Shown: positions 1-8,178 of the stretch, in pieces | Position numbering within the stretch: position 1 is the first letter of the stretch | How the letters are laid out: every line of letters starts with the position of its first letter | Origin: an uncultured Verrucomicrobiae bacterium | GTDB lineage: Bacteria > Verrucomicrobiota > Verrucomicrobiia > Limisphaerales > UBA11358 | Length of the DNA stretch: 64,000 nt | Assembly: GCA_963806905.1 (NCBI GenBank) | Contig: CAWEAA010000002.1 | Coordinates: 310,640-374,639, forward strand | Reading direction: 5' to 3' | Notes under the pieces: generated by a model | The model's database searches: none | Told to the model about the DNA's origin: nothing | Seen by the model: the letters and a program-made list of their open reading frames with translations, nothing else | Program-made: the position numbers and the translations under genes

Positions 1-597
1 TTAAGCGCGGCAATTATACCCGTTTTTGATTACACTGTGACCGAATTGAGCAAAACGCTTGGGAAATTTTCATTCGATTCTGGCGAGACGATTGTTTCAG
101 ATTTCCCTGGGAATTCGCCTTCGGTCTACTCATCTGATTTAGTGAACGATGGAGTAATAGCTAACGGCACGAATTTTATTAAAATAGGAACAAATTCAGC
201 ATGGAACTTTTCAATATTTACAGCGTTTGATTCTGCTAGATTAAATGAACAAATAATGAAGTATAACCGATTCCAGATGCGGCGCGTCGAAAACATAGCA
301 ACCATCAACATTGCAAGCCAAACTACAAACGGAGAATCAATTTTAACCGTGTCCCCTTCGGATTTTGTTTTTAGATCTCGCCGAATGCGTGGGACGAATG
401 GAAACGGGAGGGTTATAATTACTGTAGTTACAAATGTTGTTTTTAATCAGATTTCTATAAAACTCAATGTTCCTAATGGGCTAAATATGGATGAAACTTT
501 ACCATCCGCGGATTATGAGGGAAAAATTGACGAAGCTGTGAAACGTTTAATTGGAGCACAGGATCAACAAAACCCATTACCTTTGAAGGCAAATTAG
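1..597 (+). CDS. Hypothetical protein, AT-rich, probably 5'-truncated by the window edge
   Basis: The frame of ORF 37..597 is open back to base 1 (LSAAIIPVFDYTVTELSK...). AT-richer than its neighbours; no motif recognised. Confidence 0.6.
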   Translation, partial: LSAAIIPVFDYTVTELSKTLGKFSFDSGETIVSDFPGNSPSVYSSDLVNDGVIANGTNFIKIGTNSAWNFSIFTAFDSARLNEQIMKYNRFQMRRVENIATINIASQTTNGESILTVSPSDFVFRSRRMRGTNGNGRVIITVVTNVVFNQISIKLNVPNGLNMDETLPSADYEGKIDEAVKRLIGAQDQQNPLPLKAN

Positions 598-627
598 CAA
601 TCAGAGGAAAATACGATGTTTTGCGCA

Positions 628-656
628 TTGACAATGGTTTCTCCAAAAACCATGCT
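628..656 (+). promoter_or_regulatory. Candidate sigma70 promoter of rpsU
   Basis: TTGACA (628-633), 17-nt spacer, CATGCT (651-656). Inverted repeat ATGGTTT...AAACCAT in the spacer. Confidence 0.5.
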
Positions 657-722
657 TTGCGCCCATATTGCGAGCCCCGCCCTGGAGCGGATTTTCTCGC
701 CCCGGAAAGGATGTGAGTTGCG

Positions 723-920
723 TTGACCGAAATTAGATTAAAAAAAGGCGAACCAGTGGAACGCGCGTTGCGGCGACTGAAGAAAAAAGTTGACCGCGAA
801 GGGACCTTGAAGGTCGTGCGCAATCACCGGCATTTTGAAAAGCCGAGTGAAAAGCGACGCCGCAAGGAAAAGGCCGCGCGCTTTTCCGCGATGCTCAGCG
901 CCCGCTACGCCGACCTGTAA
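723..920 (+). CDS. rpsU: 30S ribosomal protein S21
   Basis: GEPVERALRRLKKK...HFEKPSEKRRRK signature, 65 aa, TTG start. Confidence 0.97.
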   Translation: MTEIRLKKGEPVERALRRLKKKVDREGTLKVVRNHRHFEKPSEKRRRKEKAARFSAMLSARYADL

Positions 921-932
921 TTTGCAATTTCC

Positions 933-971
933 AAAACCGGGTGCGTCCGATTACGATGCGCCCGGTTTTTT
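933..971 (+). terminator. Intrinsic terminator after rpsU
   Basis: AAAACCGGGTGCGTC-loop-GATGCGCCCGGTTTTTT hairpin followed by a T-run. Confidence 0.75.
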
Positions 972-1886
972 ATGTATTCATTTTCCACCTGCTGGAATTC
1001 CCACCGTCACACGGACGGGCGCGCCCTGCTGCGCGAAATCCGCGACCTCGGTTTTGCATACGCGGAGTTGAGCCACGGCACCCGCCTCGGCCTCATGCCC
1101 GGCATCCTCGAAGCGGTGGACGCGGGTGAAATCAAGATTTCCAGCCTGCACAATTTCTGTCCGCTGCCGATGGGGGTCACGCGTGCGTCGCCCAACCTCT
1201 ACCAGTTTTCCGCCGAGGACCCGCGCGAACATGAATTGGCGGTGAAGCACACGCTCAGGACGCTGGAGTTCGCCGGGCGCGTCAAGGCGCCGGTCGTGGT
1301 GTTGCATCTCGGCAGCCTTGAGTTGAAGGATTACACCGGCAAACTGTGCGAGATGCTGAAAAGCGCCGGGAAAGAATCGCCCCCATACCGGAAATTGCGC
1401 GACGAAGCCGCCGCCAAACGCGAGGCAAAGAAAAAACCGTTCGTCGAACGGGTCTATGAAACCTTGCGGAAGGTCCTGCCCGAAGCCGAAAAACGCGGCC
1501 TCAAGCTCGGCATCGAAAACCGCCAGGCGCTCGAGGAAATTCCACTGGACGGCGACTTCGAAAATTTCTTCCGCGACTTTGACAATCCGAACGTCGTTTA
1601 CTGGCACGACACCGGCCATGCGCAAATCAAGGAAAACCTCGGTTTCATCCAACACGCGCAGCAGCTTGAGTCACTGGCCGCGCGCCTGGCCGGTTTTCAT
1701 GTTCACGACGTGAAATTTCCCGACGACGACCACGCCGCGCCCGGCACCGGCACGATTGATTACGCGAAGCTCAAGCCGTTCGTGAAGCCGCAGCACATCA
1801 AGGTTTTTGAACTCAGCCCGGCGTTGCCCGTCGAGGCCGTTAAATGCGGCGTCGCGCACGTCAAAAGAATCTGGGGCGAAGGATGA
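972..1886 (+). CDS. Sugar phosphate isomerase/epimerase (xylose isomerase-like TIM barrel, AP_endonuc_2)
   Basis: LGIENR, WHDTGH, HVHD...DH..PGTG and VFEL metal-binding motifs. Confidence 0.85.
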   Translation: MYSFSTCWNSHRHTDGRALLREIRDLGFAYAELSHGTRLGLMPGILEAVDAGEIKISSLHNFCPLPMGVTRASPNLYQFSAEDPREHELAVKHTLRTLEFAGRVKAPVVVLHLGSLELKDYTGKLCEMLKSAGKESPPYRKLRDEAAAKREAKKKPFVERVYETLRKVLPEAEKRGLKLGIENRQALEEIPLDGDFENFFRDFDNPNVVYWHDTGHAQIKENLGFIQHAQQLESLAARLAGFHVHDVKFPDDDHAAPGTGTIDYAKLKPFVKPQHIKVFELSPALPVEAVKCGVAHVKRIWGEG

Positions 1887-1890
1887 ATCT

Positions 1891-1944
1891 GTAGCCGCGT
1901 TTGTCAAAACGCGGTTTCGTCCGCCGTTTGACAACGGCGGCTAC
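1891..1944. repeat. GTAG-type REP doublet (inverted pair)
   Basis: GTAG-CCGCGTTT-gtca-AAACGCGG and CCGCCGTT-tgac-AACGGCGG-CTAC: two hairpins in inverted orientation with GTAG/CTAC ends. Confidence 0.75.
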
Positions 1945-1960
1945 GGTTTGCGATTCGACC

Positions 1961-1988
1961 CGTAAATCGTATATCGTAAATCGCAAAT
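1961..1988 (+). repeat. Heptamer tandem repeat (CGTAAAT x4) overlapping the cca start codon
   Basis: CGTAAAT CGTATAT CGTAAAT CGCAAAT(G). Confidence 0.8.
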
Positions 1989-3444
1989 GATAAGCGTCGC
2001 ACCACGCAAGACTGGCGTTGAAATCGTCCGCCGCCTGCAAACGGCGGGCTTCGCGGCGTTCTGGGTCGGCGGCTGCGTGCGCGATTTTCTGCTCGGACGC
2101 GAACCGCAGGATTACGACATCGCCACGGACGCGAAGCCGGAACAGGTCGAAAAGCTCTTCAACCGCACCCTCGCCGTCGGGCGCAAATTCGGCGTGATGA
2201 TTGTGGTCGAAGCCCGGCACCAATTCCAGGTTGCCACGTTTCGTGCCGAGGCGGATTACCGGGACGGTCGCCGCCCGACAAAAATTGTTTTCGCGAGCGC
2301 CGAGGCCGATGCGCAGCGCCGTGATTTCACCGTCAACGGGCTGTTTTACGATCCGGTTGCCGAAAAACTTCACGACTGGGTCAGCGGCGAAAAGGATTTG
2401 CGCGCAAAAATCATCCGCACCATCGGCCCGCCGGAGGAACGCTTTGCCGAAGACCATTTGCGCCTGTTGCGCGCGGTGCGGTTTGCCGCCCGGTTGAATT
2501 TTGAGATCGAGCCGCAGACCTTCGCCGCCGTCAAATCGCTCGTGCCGAAAATCAAGCTCATCAGCGCCGAACGGATTCGTGACGAACTCATCAAGCTGTT
2601 TGCGCCGCCTCAATTGGATCGGGGAGCGCACCCGCCCCGGGTGCGGTCCGACGCGCCCCGCGTCGGACATGTGCCCGAACCAGCGAGCGAGGCGCTCGCC
2701 GGAACACGCGAGGCGCGTGTGCTCCCCCTTTATTCCTCCGCGGCGCGCGGTTTGGTGCTGCTGCGCGACAGCGGATTGCTGGAGCACGTTTTGCCGGAAC
2801 TGGCGGCGACGGTTACGTGCGAGCAATCGCCGGAATATCATCCCGAAGGCACCGTATTCGAGCACATCCGGTTGATGCTGGAAAAATTGCCTCCGGGCGC
2901 GAGCGAGTCCTTGCCGTGGGCGGTGATTTTGCACGACATCGGCAAGCCCGTGACGGCGGAGCGCGATGCCGCGACCGGCAAAATCCATTTTTACGAGCAC
3001 GAAAAAATCGGCGCGGCGATGGCCGGAAAGATTTTACAGCGGTTGCGCTTTCCCAAAAGGCAAATCGAGGAAATCGTCGCGTGCGTGCGACAGCACATGC
3101 AGTTCAAAGACGTGAAGCAAATGCGGACGGCAACGCTGCGCCGGCTACTGTTGCGCGAGACATTTCCGCTGGAATTGGAACTGCACCGGCTCGACTGCCT
3201 CGGCTCGCACGGCGACCTGGGCCATTATGAGTTTTTAGTCAGGCAGGCGGCCGAGTTAAAAAAGAAGCCAACCATTCGCCCGCCCCTGCTCGCGGGAATA
3301 GATTTAATCAAACTGGGAATGAAGCCCGGTCCAGCCATGGGCGCGTTGCTGAACGAAATCCGCGAGAAACAGTTACAGGATGAATTGAAAACGCCGCTGC
3401 AGGCCCGCAACTGGGCAAAGACCCGGATCAAAAATGCTGGATAA
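1987..3444 (+). CDS. cca: CCA tRNA nucleotidyltransferase with HD domain; carries a ~40-aa palindrome-derived insertion
   Basis: VGGCVRD, DYDIAT, RRDFTVN, EDHLRLLRAVRF, ERIRDEL, YHPEG, LHDIGKP motifs. Confidence 0.92.
   Translation: MISVAPRKTGVEIVRRLQTAGFAAFWVGGCVRDFLLGREPQDYDIATDAKPEQVEKLFNRTLAVGRKFGVMIVVEARHQFQVATFRAEADYRDGRRPTKIVFASAEADAQRRDFTVNGLFYDPVAEKLHDWVSGEKDLRAKIIRTIGPPEERFAEDHLRLLRAVRFAARLNFEIEPQTFAAVKSLVPKIKLISAERIRDELIKLFAPPQLDRGAHPPRVRSDAPRVGHVPEPASEALAGTREARVLPLYSSAARGLVLLRDSGLLEHVLPELAATVTCEQSPEYHPEGTVFEHIRLMLEKLPPGASESLPWAVILHDIGKPVTAERDAATGKIHFYEHEKIGAAMAGKILQRLRFPKRQIEEIVACVRQHMQFKDVKQMRTATLRRLLLRETFPLELELHRLDCLGSHGDLGHYEFLVRQAAELKKKPTIRPPLLAGIDLIKLGMKPGPAMGALLNEIREKQLQDELKTPLQARNWAKTRIKNAG
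2621..2727. repeat. Palindromic element inserted in frame in cca
   Basis: Terminal inverted repeat GGGGAGC(G)CAC...GTG(T)GCTCCCC enclosing four hairpins. Confidence 0.8.
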
Positions 3445-3548
3445 ACCTTCCCCGGAAGATAATTGTTTGACTCTGATGGTGTGAACTTATTTCCTGGTTC
3501 GTGTCTATTCGTGTTGATGCGAGAGCGGGAATTAAAAAGACGACCAAT

Positions 3549-3673
3549 ATGCCAATTCAACTTCGCGAAAAATCACTGTGTAAATACGACCTGATTGCGC
3601 TGGGCGAAATCATGCTCCGGTTCGACCCGGGTGAAGGCCGTATCCGCACCGCTCGCGAATTCAAGGTCTGGAA
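3549..3673 (+). pseudogene. 5' fragment (41 codons) of a second kdgK allele
   Basis: MPIQLREKSLCKYDLIALGEIMLRFDPGEGRIRTAREFKVW matches the start of 4685..5782. I count 17 nt differences over 123 nt; similarity then stops abruptly. Confidence 0.85.
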
Positions 3674-3706
3674 TTTGGCTAATTCGAATTGGTGCAAGTT
3701 TGATAT

Positions 3707-4642
3707 ATGAAACTCAAAATCATATTAGTCATTCTTGGCTTTCTGGCATGGGCAAACGTTTTGTCAGCCGTTTACGCTCAAGTTTTTTGGGCCAAAATAT
3801 TTGGAATACTTGAATACAATTTTGATCTGACGCCTGCACAAGGCATTCTGCTGTTTCCAGTTCTTGTTCTTACACTTTTTATTCTGACTGGAGTTTGTTC
3901 GGCAGTTTTTCTGACGAAACAAATCCGCGCTAAAAAATTACTTTGCAAGTCATACGAAAACTTGGCGGGCTTTTTTTGCCTGTCAGCTTTTATATTTTAT
4001 CTCGTCATTTCAGGAAGCTACATGACGATGTGCGCTCAAATAATGGCGGCCGGTCGTATTGAGCAACCGCATGCCAAGGTCTATCAAACAGGACAAGTCA
4101 TAAATGGACAGTATGTGAATGAAACGTTTGGTTTGAGTTTTGTGTTGCCGCCCGGATGGGGTAACGCAAGTTGGGCAACGTTGGAAAGAAAGAGAATGTC
4201 AGGAGGAAATCCTTTATTACGAGAAAGGTTTTCTTCAATAAACATGACGCCAAGATTTTTTGAAGGACTTGAAACTTTAACAGCCATCCTGAAATTCCTG
4301 CCGGACAATGGAATTCCCTATAACCCAAACATGGTGGTAAATGCGAACGACAAAAAGGTTTTAGAGAAAAGAGGCATCACCGATTTGCTTGCCTTTTCTG
4401 AAGGCATGGCAAATCTCCCTTCATCCTATGTCGTTGACCAACCCACTGCGCCTGTAAACATTGGTGGAAGAAGATCGTTTAAATTCAAATATCATTCGCA
4501 AAGAGACGGGGTTGTAATTAAGCAAGAAATCTATACGTTCGAATCCGGAGATACATACTTCGCATTTGTAATTTCTGCCTTTGACGATTTGGATATTTCA
4601 AATTTAACGACGTGCGTGAATACAGTAAAATTTTCGAAGTAG
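3707..4642 (+). CDS. Hypothetical membrane protein (three N-terminal hydrophobic segments plus a soluble, possibly PsbP-like, domain), AT-rich
   Basis: Long ORF with hydrophobic N-third; Y.NETFGLSFVLPPGW start of the soluble domain. Confidence 0.7.
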   Translation: MKLKIILVILGFLAWANVLSAVYAQVFWAKIFGILEYNFDLTPAQGILLFPVLVLTLFILTGVCSAVFLTKQIRAKKLLCKSYENLAGFFCLSAFIFYLVISGSYMTMCAQIMAAGRIEQPHAKVYQTGQVINGQYVNETFGLSFVLPPGWGNASWATLERKRMSGGNPLLRERFSSINMTPRFFEGLETLTAILKFLPDNGIPYNPNMVVNANDKKVLEKRGITDLLAFSEGMANLPSSYVVDQPTAPVNIGGRRSFKFKYHSQRDGVVIKQEIYTFESGDTYFAFVISAFDDLDISNLTTCVNTVKFSK

Positions 4643-4684
4643 TTTTAAATCGACGCGCCACGATTTAGCAAACAAAGTAAAAAC

Positions 4685-5782
4685 ATGCCAATTCAACTTC
4701 GCGACAAATCACAATGCAAGTACGACATGATTGCGCTGGGTGAAATCATGCTGCGATTCGATCCGGGCGAGGGCCGCATCCGCACGGCCCGCGAATTCAA
4801 GGCTTGGGAAGGCGGCGGCGAATACAACGTCGCCCGCGGCCTGCGTCGCTGCTTCGGCCTCAAGACCGCCGTTTGCACCGCGTTCGCCGACAACGAAGTC
4901 GGACGGCTCATCGAGGATTTTATTTTGCAGGGCGGCGTGGACACGGAATTCATCAAGTGGATGCCGTTTGACGGCGTGGGCCGCGCGGTGCGCAACGGCC
5001 TGAATTTCACCGAACGTGGTTTCGGGGTGCGGGGCGCGGTGGGTGTTTCCGACCGCGGCCATTCCGCCGCCAGCCAGCTCAAGGCCGGCGATTTCGACTG
5101 GGACCACATTTTTGGCAAACTCGGGGTACGCTGGTTCCACACCGGCGGCATCTTCGCCGCGCTCAGCAACACCACACCGCAACTCGTCATCGAGGCCGTC
5201 AAGAAAGCCCGGCAATACGGCACGATCGTTTCCTATGACCTCAATTATCGCCCGTCGCTCTGGAAGTGCATCGGCGGCCAGAGGCGCGCGCAGTCGGTGA
5301 ATAAAAAAATCGCCAGGCACGTGGACGTGATGATTGGCAACGAGGAAGATTTCACCGCTGGCCTCGGCTTTGCCGTCAGAGGTTCGGACGAACACCTGTT
5401 GCACATTGACGTGAGTGCGTTCAAGAGAATGATCGAAACGGCGGTGAAGGCGTATCCGAATTTCAAAGGGATGGCCACGACCCTGCGCGCGGCGAAAACG
5501 GCGACGCGCAACGATTGGGCCGCGATTTGCTGGATGGACGGAAGATTTTATGAATCAAAAAAATATCCCGACCTTGAAATCCTCGACCGCGTGGGCGGCG
5601 GCGACAGTTTTGCCAGCGGTTTGATTTACGGTTTGATGACCACCGGCGATCCGCAGAAGGCGGTGGATTACGGCGCGGCGCACGGCGCTCTGGCCATGAC
5701 GACGCCGGGCGACACTTCCATGGCATCGAAGGACGAGGTTGAAAAATTGATGAAAGGCGGCGGTGCACGCGTGCAGCGTTAA
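4685..5782 (+). CDS. kdgK: 2-keto-3-deoxygluconate kinase-like PfkB sugar kinase
   Basis: GEIMLRFDP, GGGEYNVA, SYDLNYRPSLW, NEED, DRVGGGDSFASG. Confidence 0.85.
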   Translation: MPIQLRDKSQCKYDMIALGEIMLRFDPGEGRIRTAREFKAWEGGGEYNVARGLRRCFGLKTAVCTAFADNEVGRLIEDFILQGGVDTEFIKWMPFDGVGRAVRNGLNFTERGFGVRGAVGVSDRGHSAASQLKAGDFDWDHIFGKLGVRWFHTGGIFAALSNTTPQLVIEAVKKARQYGTIVSYDLNYRPSLWKCIGGQRRAQSVNKKIARHVDVMIGNEEDFTAGLGFAVRGSDEHLLHIDVSAFKRMIETAVKAYPNFKGMATTLRAAKTATRNDWAAICWMDGRFYESKKYPDLEILDRVGGGDSFASGLIYGLMTTGDPQKAVDYGAAHGALAMTTPGDTSMASKDEVEKLMKGGGARVQR

Positions 5783-5783
5783 C

Positions 5784-5906
5784 GGCGGAGCGGCAGCTCC
5801 GCCCTACCACATCGGTAGGGCCGCGCTGCTGCGCGGCCGCGGACGGCCCGCAGGTCGTCCAATTCAATCAGCCAATTACGAAGGCTCGAGAGACTCTCGC
5901 CCCACC
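5784..5906. repeat. Cluster of GTAG/CTAC REP-like hairpins between convergent kinase genes
   Basis: GGCGGAGCGGCAGCTCCGCCCTACC, GGTAGGGCCGCGCTGCTGCGCGGCC, GGACGGCCCGCAGGTCGTCC; related copy at 8074-8120. Confidence 0.75.
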
Positions 5907-5930
5907 AATCGGAAACCTGTAAATCCGTTC

Positions 5931-7013
5931 CTACCGCTGGATGCGGGCCGAGCCGCCTTTGGCGAACGCCTTCACCTGTTCCACGGTTGCCATCGTTGTG
6001 TCGCCCGGGAAGGTGGTCAGCAACGCGCCGTGCGCCCAGCCCAGCTTCACCGCCTGTTCCGGTTCTTCGCCCGTCAGCAGGCCGTAGAAAAATCCTGACG
6101 CGAAGCCGTCGCCGCCGCCGACGCGGTCGTGCACGTTCAACTCGCACGTCGGTGCGACATAAGTCTTGCCGTCAATCCACGCCACGGCGCTCCAGCTATG
6201 ATGGTTTGTGGAGTGAACTTCGCGCAGCGTGGTGGCCACAATCTTGACCTTCGGATATTTCTTCACCACCTGGTCCATCATCCCGAAGAATACACTCGGA
6301 TCGAGCTTGGACTTGGCCACCACGTCCGGGCCTTTCAAGCCAAGCCCCTTCTGCAAATCCTCCTCGTTGCCGACCAGCACGTCGCACTGTTCGACAATCC
6401 GTTTCACCACCGACACCGCTTTTTTTTGTCCGCCCCAGATGTCCCAGAGCTTTTGGCGGAAGTTCAAATCGAACGACGTGATTGCGCCCGCCGCCTTCGC
6501 CGCTTTCATGCCTTCGATGATCAATTCGCCCGTGGTCTCGGAGAGCGCGGCGAAGATGCCGCCGCTGTGGAACCAGCGAACACCCTGGCCGAAGATTTCC
6601 TTCCAGTTGAAATCGCCCGGCTTTAGCAATCCGCCCGCCTCGTTGCTGCGGTTGTAAAACACCACCGGCGCGCGCACGCCGTAGCCCTGGTCGCTATAGA
6701 CCGTCGCGTGGTTTGGGCCGCGCACACCATCATGCTTGAACCGCTTGTAGAACGGTTTCACGCCCATCGCCTTCACGCGCTCGGCAATGAGGTCGCCGAT
6801 GGGATAATCCACCATGGCCGTGGCGATGCCGGTGTTCAGGCGGAAGCAGTCGGCGAGGTTGGCGGCGCAGTTGAATTCGCCGCCGCTGACGTGGATTCTG
6901 CATTCCGTGGCCTTGCGGAAAGGGATGATGCCGGTATCAAGGCGGTGGACCAGGGCGCCGATGGACAGGAAGTCCAGCCCGCCTTTTTCGGGGATGTTCA
7001 AACCATATTTCAT
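5931..7013 (-). CDS. Second KdgK-like PfkB sugar kinase
   Basis: SGGEFNCA, SFDLNFRQKLW, NEEDLQ, DRVGGGDGFASG. Start taken at MKYGLN (7013); the longer ORF-track start runs through repeats. Confidence 0.85.
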   Translation of the reverse strand: MKYGLNIPEKGGLDFLSIGALVHRLDTGIIPFRKATECRIHVSGGEFNCAANLADCFRLNTGIATAMVDYPIGDLIAERVKAMGVKPFYKRFKHDGVRGPNHATVYSDQGYGVRAPVVFYNRSNEAGGLLKPGDFNWKEIFGQGVRWFHSGGIFAALSETTGELIIEGMKAAKAAGAITSFDLNFRQKLWDIWGGQKKAVSVVKRIVEQCDVLVGNEEDLQKGLGLKGPDVVAKSKLDPSVFFGMMDQVVKKYPKVKIVATTLREVHSTNHHSWSAVAWIDGKTYVAPTCELNVHDRVGGGDGFASGFFYGLLTGEEPEQAVKLGWAHGALLTTFPGDTTMATVEQVKAFAKGGSARIQR

Positions 7014-7147
7014 TCTATTTTCCTGATGATTTAAGATTTTCCGCCGGGTCATTTTGCGGAAAAAATTCCGAAATGCCCGGGGTGTTGGTGCGTGAAACAA
7101 GTAGCAGGCCGGGTGCGGTTTGTCTGTAAAAAAATGGGGACGACGCT

Positions 7148-7282
7148 GGGGCGCGAGTTGTCTCAACTCGCAGCACCTCCGAAGAACCGGCTGCTGCGGA
7201 TTGAGGACAATCCGCGCTCCGCATTTGGAGTGCGCGGACATTTCTGCGCTTTTAAAGCGGCGACATGTCCGCGCACTCCAAA
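7148..7282. repeat. Two palindromic REP-like elements
   Basis: Perfect 18-bp inverted repeat TTTGGAGTGCGCGGACAT (7224-7241) / ATGTCCGCGCACTCCAAA (7265-7282). Upstream pair GCGAGTTGtctCAACTCGC and GCGGATTgaggacAATCCGC. Confidence 0.7.
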
Positions 7283-7390
7283 TCCCGCCGCAGCTTTTTC
7301 TGGACAAACTTTTTGGCCGGGCGCAATGTCAAAACCATGAAACCAGATTGGCTGCAAATTGAGCCGTCTATTAACGAGCTAAGCGGCTTG

Positions 7391-7930
7391 ATGACATGTC
7401 TCGCTTTAATATTCACTTTTTGCCTTGCGACTTTTGTCATTGGGTGCAAAACCGGATCGCGTTCGATTTCCAGCTTTGCCAATGATCTTCGGCACAGCAT
7501 TCCGCCAGGCTGGAATATCAGCACCTCGAACAATGTGGTTCGCATCCGCAGCGAAGCCGAGCTCACACTGATCATCCAAATGCAGCTACCAGTATCGGCT
7601 GATTCGATAGACGAGGTCCTCCGCAAATATGGGGAGAAGGAAAAGTATGAGGTTGCATTATCGTTTGTTCCCCGGTTGAGCGATTCGGAACTTGAGCATC
7701 TACACGAAGCGCGCCGTCCATATGAACAGGCTCTGCATGGGAACAGTATGACCAGTGTTTCACAATCGCTTTGGGCTTTGGATCGGATTCCACTCCCTAC
7801 CTACTACACCGATGATTACAGCATTTTTGTCGTCCGCCCTCTTTTAAATGGGGGTTATGAGGATTATCCTGCCGCACGACAGGTCGAGCAGTTAATGGAT
7901 TCCTTGAAGGCAGGATTTCATGAATATTGA
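7391..7930 (+). CDS. Hypothetical lipoprotein, AT-rich
   Basis: MTCLALIFTFCLATFVIG-C lipobox-like signal; start uncertain (7337 or 7391). Confidence 0.6.
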   Translation: MTCLALIFTFCLATFVIGCKTGSRSISSFANDLRHSIPPGWNISTSNNVVRIRSEAELTLIIQMQLPVSADSIDEVLRKYGEKEKYEVALSFVPRLSDSELEHLHEARRPYEQALHGNSMTSVSQSLWALDRIPLPTYYTDDYSIFVVRPLLNGGYEDYPAARQVEQLMDSLKAGFHEY

Positions 7931-8073
7931 ACCGCCAATATCATGATGGGCTGCAAGTTTCCCCGATTTCTCATTCGTTTTTTTCTGAAAAGTGAATAGG
8001 CGGCGCTCTGCCGAGGAGCGCTACGAATCATTCGGTAGCAGGCTGCTGTTAATTTCTGATTCACGATTTACAT

Positions 8074-8120
8074 GGTAGCGCTGCCGCGCGGCCTCGGACG
8101 ACCAGCAGGTCGTCCCTACC
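8074..8120. repeat. REP-like element, copy of 5814-5860
   Basis: GGTAGCGCTGCCGCGCGGCCTCGGACGACCAGCAGGTCGTCCCTACC. Confidence 0.7.
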
Positions 8121-8178
8121 GATCATTCCCCCAACATTGCCAAACCCGATGCGTGTGGTGTAACATGGACTGGAACTT

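Noticed and set aside
2621-2727. Cloverleaf-like fold as a tRNA inside cca
   Set aside because: No TTCG T-loop, D-loop or 7-nt anticodon loop; the loops are 3 nt.
7014-7307. 98-aa N-terminal extension of the second kinase; similar extensions at 51511-51633, 40855-40911 and 34761-34949
   Set aside because: They run through intergenic repeats or the upstream gene; better internal ATG starts exist.
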